IMG/VR virus record: IMGVR_UViG_3300017987_005478
Coordinates: 63,918-127,917 of that record
Origin: a virus
Lineage: Duplodnaviria > Caudoviricetes
Length of the DNA stretch: 64,000 nt
Direction: 5' to 3' (one strand)
The notes under the pieces: model-generated
Told to the model about the DNA's origin: nothing
Database searches by the model: none
Seen by the model: only the letters and a program-made list of their open reading frames with translations
Translations under genes and position numbers: made by a program
Shown here: in pieces, positions 46,801 through 54,682 of the stretch
How positions within the stretch are numbered: the first letter of the stretch is position 1
Layout of the letters: every line of letters starts with the position of its first letter

Positions 46801-47257
46801 TCTTCACCTCCCTCTCCTTTTTCTTCATTTTTCTCTTTTTCTTCTTTTGTATTTGTGCAATTTCTCTTGTTAAAGATTGTACAAATTCCTCGTTATATTT
46901 TTTGACTATTGTTACATAAACAAACTTGTCATCTTTGTTTTCCATTGAATTTGAATAATCCAATGTAACAAAACACTGCTCTGTATTCTCAATAATCTCC
47001 ATAACACGTTCTGCAATATGCTTCGTACCAGAGTCCGAATTAATCGGTATTGAAAAGACCATTAATACAGAATCATCACCTTCATATGTAAAATTGAGCA
47101 TATAAAAATTAGCACCCAATATCTTAAATACATGATCATCCGATGCTGCTTTACAATACAAATTAAAGTAATTGATATCTTCGAGATCACCCGTATACCT
47201 CAAATTTGTATTGATTGTCTTTTGAAAAATTTCTTTCATCCGTTCCTGAATCATCAT
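46718..47257 (-). CDS. Hypothetical protein
   Basis: 179-aa ORF with RBS. Confidence 0.65.
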   Translation of the reverse strand: MMIQERMKEIFQKTINTNLRYTGDLEDINYFNLYCKAASDDHVFKILGANFYMLNFTYEGDDSVLMVFSIPINSDSGTKHIAERVMEIIENTEQCFVTLDYSNSMENKDDKFVYVTIVKKYNEEFVQSLTREIAQIQKKKKRKMKKKEREVKSEKKASENDTGSCSKEGSESSSDNQKS

Positions 47258-47272
47258 TGGTAATTTCCTCTC

Positions 47273-48256
47273 CTAAATTATGAACTTCTCTACAACAACA
47301 GGCGTGTCGTTAAAATCTTTTCCCATTTTATTGTAATAGACAGTAATCGTATCTATAATATGTTTATTGTAATGTTTAATCTTTTTGTAGTAATCAAGAT
47401 CAACATTCCTATCTGATAAAATATGAGCATTGACACGAAATATTGATTCATGAAATGCAATACTTTTTATTAAAGCATGATACGACGTTGAAAGTCCAGC
47501 AGCATATAAACAACTCTGACTTTTCATGTCTATTGTGTCAAAAATATGTTCGGCGTATATGTCAAAAATTCCCTCAGCAAGAACCACATCTCTAGAAAAT
47601 TTCTTCGTACTGGGAAGTTTATAATAATCGAGGAACTTAGATGATTGGACTCTAAGTTTATAATATCGGAAGGATGATTGAGGATCAATATTTCTTAAAA
47701 TGAGGACTGAGCCGTGTTCTGTTAAAAACCCAACAAAATTTGTTTGTAGAAAATCTTTGATTCTAAATAGTTGTTCATCTACTGCAATATCATTCATTGC
47801 AATAAAAGCATTTATATCAAACACCAATCCTTTAATACTCGGAATACTAACATTTGCAAATTTTAAGCGTTGTTGAATATATCGATATTTATACTGAAAA
47901 ATATTTTCATTTAATGGTGGAGTTTTAATTTCTGTCGGACGAATAACATTCCTGTCAAATTCCAACCGTTTTTTAACGTTGGCTTTAACAAGTTCTTTAT
48001 TAACAAATTTATCAGGGTCTGCTCCACTAATATACCTTAATAATTTTGTTATAGTTCCCTTTTGTTCACAACCAGCATGAAAACAATGAAAAATAGGAGC
48101 TTCTATGCTTATCCATAAATGATAGTGACCTTTATCTTGACCTGCTTCACACCAAGGACAACGACAAACGATATTTTTTGGAGTTGTTTTTATTGGATCT
48201 CCAAGGTGGTCTCGCAAGTATTCAATAAATTCGTCTTCATAGATTCCTACTGACAA
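47273..48256 (-). CDS. DNA primase (T4 gp61-like)
   Basis: N-terminal CPWC...HCFHAGC zinc domain, YIQQR, TOPRIM LAEGIFD. Confidence 0.82.
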   Translation of the reverse strand: MSVGIYEDEFIEYLRDHLGDPIKTTPKNIVCRCPWCEAGQDKGHYHLWISIEAPIFHCFHAGCEQKGTITKLLRYISGADPDKFVNKELVKANVKKRLEFDRNVIRPTEIKTPPLNENIFQYKYRYIQQRLKFANVSIPSIKGLVFDINAFIAMNDIAVDEQLFRIKDFLQTNFVGFLTEHGSVLILRNIDPQSSFRYYKLRVQSSKFLDYYKLPSTKKFSRDVVLAEGIFDIYAEHIFDTIDMKSQSCLYAAGLSTSYHALIKSIAFHESIFRVNAHILSDRNVDLDYYKKIKHYNKHIIDTITVYYNKMGKDFNDTPVVVEKFII

Positions 48257-48477
48257 TTGTTTTCTCCATTCTTTTTATTGTTATTACATTTCGCCTTATT
48301 ATATTCAATACTTCGATAGTTTTCAATACCGTTCAAATGTCTTAGGAGGTTAAAGATTGTTTTGTCATATATTTTTGCGATTTTTATAGATTTCTTTGGA
48401 TTAATACCCAAATCGCGCAATCTACAAAAAATGTGGAGCGGGTTCAACACATGTTCGATATACTTTGGGAGTCTCAT
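48247..48477 (-). CDS. Small hypothetical protein
   Basis: HVLNPLHIFCRLRDLG motif; RBS GGAG. Confidence 0.6.
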   Translation of the reverse strand: MRLPKYIEHVLNPLHIFCRLRDLGINPKKSIKIAKIYDKTIFNLLRHLNGIENYRSIEYNKAKCNNNKKNGENNCQ

Positions 48478-48531
48478 CTGTCACTCCGTTACGAGGTATT
48501 TTTATAATGTTCAGTATCTTAGTCCCCTTTG

Positions 48532-48975
48532 TCATTCTTCTTTTGGAAAGGTCAACAATAAACTTTCTTCCATTTCTTCTTTACGGTCTCCGCCGCAAAT
48601 ACCCGCATTGACTCCCGCTCGCCTTGCTTCAACCCAATCCAAAATTCCTTTACCATCACACTTTGTACAGGCGGCAGTCCTGCTACCTCCAGAACCTCCA
48701 CATTGATCACAAATTGCATAAAGTTGGTCATCTCGAAAATCAATATAACCTGTACCAGAACAAACAGGACAATATTCTCCGTTCCACGAATGTCCTTGTC
48801 CATTGTTGAGTTTGGTAACTCCAGTCAAACCAGTTCCACCACACGCCTTACATTCAACAGTTTTCGTAAGGTCCTGATATCTTTTTGCAAAGTTGTGTAA
48901 TTTTTCTGCTCTTCTTCTCTCCGTTGCTTCAAGAAAATTACCCATCGTTATCCTGGCGGAGGTTTTGGTCCGCAC
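48532..48975 (-). CDS. DnaJ-type zinc-finger repeat protein
   Basis: Four CxxCxGxG repeats; no J domain. Confidence 0.8.
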   Translation of the reverse strand: MRTKTSARITMGNFLEATERRRAEKLHNFAKRYQDLTKTVECKACGGTGLTGVTKLNNGQGHSWNGEYCPVCSGTGYIDFRDDQLYAICDQCGGSGGSRTAACTKCDGKGILDWVEARRAGVNAGICGGDRKEEMEESLLLTFPKEE

Positions 48976-49175
48976 TTTCCTTTCTTTCTGTTAATATGTT
49001 GTTCCATTTCATAATCAGATGGTCTCAACACAAAATCTGCAAATTTCTCAGCAAGACTCACCACTTCACTTGGGTGATGTCCTCTGCCATCAAACATCGC
49101 TTTAGCAACTTTCAAACATTCCACTCTTGCCCACTCATTTTTTGAATAAGGTGGGACAATCATAAATTGTTCCAT
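48948..49175 (-). CDS. Small hypothetical protein
   Basis: 75-aa ORF with RBS GGAG. Confidence 0.55.
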   Translation of the reverse strand: MEQFMIVPPYSKNEWARVECLKVAKAMFDGRGHHPSEVVSLAEKFADFVLRPSDYEMEQHINRKKGKCGPKPPPG

Positions 49176-49193
49176 TTTTTCTCCACTCTGCTC

Positions 49194-50180
49194 CTATTTA
49201 CCTTTCGCCGCCTTCGTGTACTGACCGAGCGCTTGGATGACTTCGAGGACCATTCCCATGAAGTGCATACTAGGCACGAGGCAATCTTTATGTGAATTCG
49301 CATACTTGTTAATAACAATCTTCGCAGCAACGTTAATATCTTTGTTGAAAAATAGTTGGTTGTATACACTTCTAAACTCCAAATCATGTTCATTCAATAA
49401 ATTCGTAATAACACCGACCACTTTATTAATCTTGTGCATTTGACCGGCTTTAATATAACTACATATTTCAATCATCGAACTTACTAAAACGCGCTCAGAC
49501 GTGAGCACTGATTTTTTATTAACCTTTAATCGACCTCTTATAGAACTCTGTTGTAAGTGGTCAATAACGCGTCTGACGTCGGGATATAACCCATCAATGA
49601 CAAATTTTACATCTCCCTCGTCATATTTAATACCCTCTGTGTCCAACATTTTGAAACAATATTTTTGGACATATTCAACAGGTATTTGTTTAAAAATATA
49701 CGGGGTAAATCTACTCTGCACAGGCTCTGGAATTTTGGAAAGATAATTACAAGTAATTATGAATCGACCATATTTAACTTGGTACTTCTCAATAACTCCT
49801 CTCAGAGAACTAAATGCTGAATCTGTGAGGTAATCACCCTCGTCAATAAAGACGATTCTCCACCGATCTTTTCCTGCAGGTGGGATTTTGAGGAATGGTT
49901 CAACAACTTTATCAACAAAATCAATACCTCTTGTTTCTTTTGCTGAACCATTAATAACAAGTGTATTATCTTTTGGATTTTGTAATACACCTTGTTTTGA
50001 CGTGATAATTCTTGCGAGAGTAGTTTTACCACCACCAGGCGGACCACTCATTAATAAATTTGGTATTTCTTTAGTTTTAATGTATCTATGTATTTGCTCT
50101 TTATGAGCTTCTGGTAGAACCAAATCTTCAAATTTTCTTGGTCGATATTTCTCAACCCACAATGCTTGCTCTATCTTCAC
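49194..50180 (-). CDS. Clamp loader AAA+ subunit (RFC small/T4 gp44-like)
   Basis: WVEKYRP, GPPGGGKTT, IDEGD, TCNY, QSRF, DVRR. Confidence 0.95.
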   Translation of the reverse strand: MKIEQALWVEKYRPRKFEDLVLPEAHKEQIHRYIKTKEIPNLLMSGPPGGGKTTLARIITSKQGVLQNPKDNTLVINGSAKETRGIDFVDKVVEPFLKIPPAGKDRWRIVFIDEGDYLTDSAFSSLRGVIEKYQVKYGRFIITCNYLSKIPEPVQSRFTPYIFKQIPVEYVQKYCFKMLDTEGIKYDEGDVKFVIDGLYPDVRRVIDHLQQSSIRGRLKVNKKSVLTSERVLVSSMIEICSYIKAGQMHKINKVVGVITNLLNEHDLEFRSVYNQLFFNKDINVAAKIVINKYANSHKDCLVPSMHFMGMVLEVIQALGQYTKAAKGK

Positions 50181-50201
50181 AAATTCCTCCGTTCATATAT
50201 T

Positions 50202-50600
50202 CTAGCATTCTGGTAAATCTTGACATGATGCTAGAAAATGCAACTGCTCTTGTTCACTTACAAATTCACCAATAATATTAGATTTTATCGAATGTTCAAA
50301 AGCTTCTATGGCATCATCACCTGTGATAATATTCGTCAAGTCATCAACATAAATAAATAGATCAGTAATCGCAATCTGCTCAACACCTTTAACCTCTTTT
50401 AAACCCAACACAACTTGAGCTGATTCATCTGGTTTTGCAGCAACATGAAAAAGTAGTTTTACAAGTCCCTGTTCAGCAAAACATGATAGGATCATCATGT
50501 TTGTACATAGAATCTCAACATCATCTCTATCATATTGTTCATGAATATCAACATTCCATGATTTAATTTTTTTGACAATCCTTTTCATAAGTCTTGACAT
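50202..50600 (-). CDS. Hypothetical protein
   Basis: 132-aa ORF preceded by a class B motif (50610-50623). Confidence 0.65.
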   Translation of the reverse strand: MSRLMKRIVKKIKSWNVDIHEQYDRDDVEILCTNMMILSCFAEQGLVKLLFHVAAKPDESAQVVLGLKEVKGVEQIAITDLFIYVDDLTNIITGDDAIEAFEHSIKSNIIGEFVSEQEQLHFLASCQDLPEC

Positions 50601-50642
50601 GTTATCACCTATTTATTTGTTACCCATAGAGAAAAAATAGAC

Positions 50643-50676
50643 AAAAAAAGGAGTGGAGAAACCCCCATCCTTTTTT
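50643..50676 (-). terminator. Probable terminator
   Basis: AAAAAAGGA...TCCTTTTTT hairpin flanked by A/T runs. Confidence 0.6.
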
Positions 50677-50680
50677 CGTT

Positions 50681-50965
50681 TTATACATGCTCTTCCATCT
50701 CCTTAGTCGGAAATAATCTAGCATGAATAGCGCAAATCAAAACTGCAAGTAATGCAATCGGTCCAAGAGCAATCGCCAGAACTGCTGGCACCAAACCCGT
50801 ATATATGTGTTTTGCCCAAAAGACCAAAAATAGCATTAGTAAACTACTAATCGACCATGCCCACTTTAAAAAGTTTACAAAAGGCATTCCGATAGCTATT
50901 AACAACATCCCGAAAATAATTATACTTGTAAAAAACGATAGTTGTGAAATTACTTTCTCACTCAA
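50681..50965 (-). CDS. Small three-TM membrane protein
   Basis: Three hydrophobic segments in 94 aa. Confidence 0.65.
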   Translation of the reverse strand: MSEKVISQLSFFTSIIIFGMLLIAIGMPFVNFLKWAWSISSLLMLFLVFWAKHIYTGLVPAVLAIALGPIALLAVLICAIHARLFPTKEMEEHV

Positions 50966-51215
50966 TTGTCAGCTCTCCTTTCACTGTGACGCAGCCTTTT
51001 TTCTCAACGCTTTCACCATATGATGCTGCCTTATTCATAGCATAAAGAGCATAACACACTACAAAACTTGCGATACACCATAACAAGACCGTAAACACAG
51101 TAGCCTCCTTACCAGAAATCTGAAATGACAAACAAATTCTTTTTGGCTCTGGTGACAGCAGTATATAACCACCTTTTGTAATAATCTGCATCCCAATGTT
51201 TTGTATACTGCTCAA
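50958..51215 (-). CDS. Small membrane protein (start uncertain)
   Basis: One hydrophobic segment VFTVLLWCIASFVVCYALYAM; 5' part overlaps helicase gene. Confidence 0.4.
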   Translation of the reverse strand: MSSIQNIGMQIITKGGYILLSPEPKRICLSFQISGKEATVFTVLLWCIASFVVCYALYAMNKAASYGESVEKKGCVTVKGELTIE

Positions 51216-52347
51216 AAAGAACTACATTACTCCATTCCGACCCCTGACTTCTATGAACAGAAATACAATATCCATAATCAAAAAGATCCATGGTTTTATA
51301 TCCTGTCCTTTTAAATATTCCTTTATTTTTCTTCCTGCCTATTTCATCATAACTACCATCATAAGAATCTTGCCCAAAACAGCAATTATGAACTAAGTTT
51401 GTGTAAAATTCTCCAAAATCATCCATTTCGATTGTCATCTCATAGATTCTTGGAGCTCGTCTTGAAAACCAAACCATTGTCCCAAGTTGACCGTTCATCA
51501 CTTTTGTTGTATGATTATTCTTGAGACAAATCACTCGTTCATCAGGATATGGTTCGGGTAATGTATATTTATATTTATCCCGAATCATTTGGTTAAGTTT
51601 TACCCTAGTCGCATTAAAACCACACAAAATAATATAATTCCTATCCCATGCAATTTTGTTAAAAAGTCTCTGCGTCTCGGCAAATTTCCAACTAAATTTA
51701 TAAACCTTATGAGTATCTTTTGAATACACACCTGGTTTAATATAACCATAATTCCTGATATCCATTGACAACTGAATAATAGGATTATCTGCAGCTTGTC
51801 TATGAATCTTAGTTAACACATGATTTGGATTTTCTAAAACATTAAAGTTATCACCAACAGGGGGAAGCTGACCATGATCACCAACTGCAATTATTGGGAC
51901 ACCATACATTTTCAAATCATTCCAGATCTCAAAGTTGACCATTGATGCTTCATCAACTATTATTAAATCAGCATCAATCTCTTTAGCTAAATGCCAACCT
52001 GCAATGACTTTACGACCTTGTTTATCCACTATATAACGCGGTGTATAAATAAGTCCATGAATAGTGCCAGTATAATCACCTCGAGCAAGAGCGTCTGCTT
52101 CCTTCAATCTTTTTCTCAAAACAGAAGAAGCCTTACCTGTAAAACAACAGAAAGCTATTTTAAAACGACCAATCTTAATCGTCCGTATTCTTTTTGCTAA
52201 TTCGGCAATCAGAAAGGTTTTCCCAGTTCCTGCATATCCTGCAATTGTAAGGAGTTTTTGATTCTTCTGTCTTGGTCTAAATGTAAATAGAGATTTGTTT
52301 TTTATCACCCGATCACAGATTCGCTCTTGTTCCTCGCTGAGATCCAA
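51109..52347 (-). CDS. dda: SF1B helicase, Dda/RecD-like
   Basis: GYAGTGKT, FTGKA, TIH, VDEASM, GDHGQLPPV, HRQ, HRSQGSEW, YTAVTRA. Confidence 0.9.
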   Translation of the reverse strand: MDLSEEQERICDRVIKNKSLFTFRPRQKNQKLLTIAGYAGTGKTFLIAELAKRIRTIKIGRFKIAFCCFTGKASSVLRKRLKEADALARGDYTGTIHGLIYTPRYIVDKQGRKVIAGWHLAKEIDADLIIVDEASMVNFEIWNDLKMYGVPIIAVGDHGQLPPVGDNFNVLENPNHVLTKIHRQAADNPIIQLSMDIRNYGYIKPGVYSKDTHKVYKFSWKFAETQRLFNKIAWDRNYIILCGFNATRVKLNQMIRDKYKYTLPEPYPDERVICLKNNHTTKVMNGQLGTMVWFSRRAPRIYEMTIEMDDFGEFYTNLVHNCCFGQDSYDGSYDEIGRKKNKGIFKRTGYKTMDLFDYGYCISVHRSQGSEWSNVVLFEQYTKHWDADYYKRWLYTAVTRAKKNLFVISDFW

Positions 52348-52349
52348 CT

Positions 52350-52598
52350 CTATTCCTCCTTATATTCTTCTAAAAATTTTGTGATTTCAACAATCACAGC
52401 GCCGAACAACTTTTGATGATCTTTGATCTGTTTGGCGGTGATTTGACTTTCGACAATATTCTTAAGTGGTCTTAATAGTGGGTCAAAATTCACTTCTTGT
52501 CCACCAGGTCCTACTGGTCCTTTTGCCATCGGACATTTTTCTCCTTCAGGAAGAGCTGGATGAAATAAACCACACTGACTACATTGAACACCAGGCAT
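52350..52598 (-). CDS. Small zinc-binding hypothetical protein
   Basis: CSQCGLFHP...CP. Confidence 0.65.
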   Translation of the reverse strand: MPGVQCSQCGLFHPALPEGEKCPMAKGPVGPGGQEVNFDPLLRPLKNIVESQITAKQIKDHQKLFGAVIVEITKFLEEYKEE

Positions 52599-52619
52599 AA
52601 CGTAATACTCCTTTCTGTT

Positions 52620-52632
52620 TTATAATTTGTTC
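52620..52632 (-). promoter_or_regulatory. Putative phage promoter, class B (GAACAAATTATAA)
   Basis: Identical to 36129-36141. Confidence 0.6.
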
Positions 52633-52652
52633 CGAAAACAGAAAAAAGCGAC

Positions 52653-52919
52653 CTAGTCCGGAACACATTCATGTGATTCTTTTGTTCCTTTATAATTCAT
52701 CACTTCTCCAAAATGGTCTGTATATATTTTTAACAAACCAGTATGGTAAGTAATCTGTAATTCCATTTTCTTTATTTCGTGGTCTAGCTCTGCACTGAAG
52801 TAGGAAGTAATTGCGAGTTGTTCTGATATTGGTAAATCATCAGCATCAAGACTACCATATAAAAAAAGTAACGCTATGGCAGTAGCTAGGATCCACCTCA
52901 TTTTACTCACCCCCTTCAA
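52653..52919 (-). CDS. Small secreted/membrane protein
   Basis: MRWILATAIALLFLYGSLDA signal-like N-terminus. Confidence 0.55.
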   Translation of the reverse strand: MKGVSKMRWILATAIALLFLYGSLDADDLPISEQLAITSYFSAELDHEIKKMELQITYHTGLLKIYTDHFGEVMNYKGTKESHECVPD

Positions 52920-53080
52920 AAAAGGATTGTTCTAAGAATAATAATCCACCCTACTACCCATGGTATAAAAAGAGCAAATACCACAGTAAGTAGGATACTA
53001 TAACAGATTGTTGCATCTTTAATATCAGCCCATTTATCAGAATTCCATCCAAACAGACGATAGACTATATCTTCCATCAT
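52916..53080 (-). CDS. 54-aa membrane protein (absent from ORF track)
   Basis: RBS AAGGAG then MMEDIVYRLFGWNSDKWADIKDATICYSILLTVVFALFIPWVVGWIIILRTILF*. Confidence 0.55.
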   Translation of the reverse strand: MMEDIVYRLFGWNSDKWADIKDATICYSILLTVVFALFIPWVVGWIIILRTILF

Positions 53081-53134
53081 ATCTCCTTTTAAAATTTGTT
53101 CGGACTCGATAAAAATACTACTAACAACTATCTT

Positions 53135-53152
53135 AGTAAATAATATATATAG
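53135..53152 (-). promoter_or_regulatory. Putative phage promoter, class A, at the strand-divergence point
   Basis: Minus strand CTATATATATTATTTACT; head of the ~53-kb minus-strand gene run. Confidence 0.55.
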
Positions 53153-53232
53153 AGTTGTGTTCTTTAAGATATTTTCATTGGTTCACGTAACATAATAATG
53201 GAGTAATATTGAATAGTATGAAAGGAGATCTT

Positions 53233-54306
53233 ATGTTGTATATTGCAGAGCGTAGTGTGAATAAATGCTTCTATCCAATTATTCCAAAACGCGGCAAAAA
53301 ATTAGAAGGTGTATATAAAAAACCAGCATTTGAAGCAACACCAGGATCAAGATGGACTCTCAATTGTTACAAATTTATGGATTTTTTAGCTAGCAAAATA
53401 AAAGATATTCATGATACAAAATTTAGACAAGTTAGAGGCAGAAAGTTTAATAGTAAAGAATCAATGGCTTCAGAAGCATTTCCTTTATTACAACATCCAC
53501 ATGAAATTAACAGATTTGATGAACGTGAGAAATTTCCTGAAGATCCAAATGTGAAAAATATCATTCAACTTTATACAAAAACATTTGAGATATCACTTTC
53601 TGAAGTTTTAAAATCACCATGTTTTCTCAAGACAAACACCGCAGTAGTCAGAAATACAATACAAACAATTTCAAATTGTCAATTAAAATGTCGTTTTGAA
53701 TTTAAAACACAAAATCAAAAAACTAGAAAAGAAAATTTCCAACAATCTTGTAATATAGCTAATGGTTATTATACATTATTTCGTGCTGAAGAAATTTCTG
53801 GTGATGAGGGAAAAGATGGTAAAAAATATGGAACTAAGTATAAAATTCATTTTGAAAATAAACTAGGCGCTTTATTTCTGCATAATGTTTTAACCGGAGG
53901 TTATAATATCATCGGAGATAACGAACTTGATCCTTTAGTTGTTTTTAATTTTTATAGATTAACAGAATATGCAAGTATTTTCTTTCGAAAATTTTTGATG
54001 CATCTTAATACAGTTCCTATTATCACAGTCTCTCAAGATCTTGTTTTAGATGCTCTTGGAGTAATAACCCCAAATCAAACTAACAGAAAAAAGTTATTTA
54101 TCAGATTATTGAATGAATTAAGTATTGGACATGACTTAATCACTATAGTATCTAAAAATAATGATTTTTCAGAAGTTAGAATTAAAAGAATTAAACAACC
54201 TAGTATTGATGATGATTATATTCCAAACCCAAATGAACACAACCAATCATTAGCTGAAGATGCTTTGAAAATTACAGATCCGTTTGACAATGTTGATGGA
54301 TGGTAA
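53233..54306 (+). CDS. Putative replication initiator (plasmid Rep/TrfA-like winged helix)
   Basis: FYRLTEYASIFFRKF...LVLDALGV...RKKLFIRLLNELSIG fits a Rep C-terminal wHTH pattern; immediately followed by 21-bp tandem repeats; start adjusted to ATG after AAAGGAG. Confidence 0.6.
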   Translation: MLYIAERSVNKCFYPIIPKRGKKLEGVYKKPAFEATPGSRWTLNCYKFMDFLASKIKDIHDTKFRQVRGRKFNSKESMASEAFPLLQHPHEINRFDEREKFPEDPNVKNIIQLYTKTFEISLSEVLKSPCFLKTNTAVVRNTIQTISNCQLKCRFEFKTQNQKTRKENFQQSCNIANGYYTLFRAEEISGDEGKDGKKYGTKYKIHFENKLGALFLHNVLTGGYNIIGDNELDPLVVFNFYRLTEYASIFFRKFLMHLNTVPIITVSQDLVLDALGVITPNQTNRKKLFIRLLNELSIGHDLITIVSKNNDFSEVRIKRIKQPSIDDDYIPNPNEHNQSLAEDALKITDPFDNVDGW

Positions 54307-54307
54307 A

Positions 54308-54389
54308 CCTATAACCTAGTTAAACTATCCTATAACCTAGTTAAACTATCCTATAACCTAGTTAAACTATCCTATAACCTAGTTAAACT
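54308..54389. repeat. Tandem 21-bp direct repeats (iteron-like), 3 full copies plus 19 bp
   Basis: CCTATAACCTAGTTAAACTAT at 54308, 54329, 54350; partial copy at 54371; no spacers. Confidence 0.97.
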
Positions 54390-54430
54390 TTTCGGGTCTT
54401 TTTTATAATAAATTCAACTGTGTATTCTCC

Positions 54431-54455
54431 TTAATCATTATTATATAATGATTAA
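54431..54455. repeat. AT-rich palindrome in putative origin
   Basis: TTAATCATTAT-TAT-ATAATGATTAA, 11-bp perfect arms. Confidence 0.9.
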
Positions 54456-54682
54456 TGCGACTCCTTACCTTTAGACATATATATGTAATTATCTATGTAC
54501 AAAAAAGGACTCAGAAAAGAGATTGAATAACAAAAAGAAAAGAACATACAACGTTCCCCTTCGTCCATCCGGCGCTGGGGGCGCCTTGTCCTCCGGTCCC
54601 GTTTTGAATAAATGAATATTTTATCAGTAAAGGTAACATAATATAAATAGATTAGAGATCAGTATGAAAGGAGATTTTCGAG

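Noticed and set aside
48532-48975. DnaJ chaperone
   Set aside because: Only the CxxCxGxG zinc-finger repeats are present; no HPD-containing J domain
499-52200. Many short ORF-track entries antisense to or nested in long genes (e.g. 499..681, 1860..2078, 12449..12796, 33715..34203, 37631..38098)
   Set aside because: Shadow ORFs fully overlapping well-supported genes, without RBS or motifs
54308-54389. CRISPR or other guide-RNA array
   Set aside because: The 21-bp units are identical and directly abutting with no variable spacers; no cas genes adjacent
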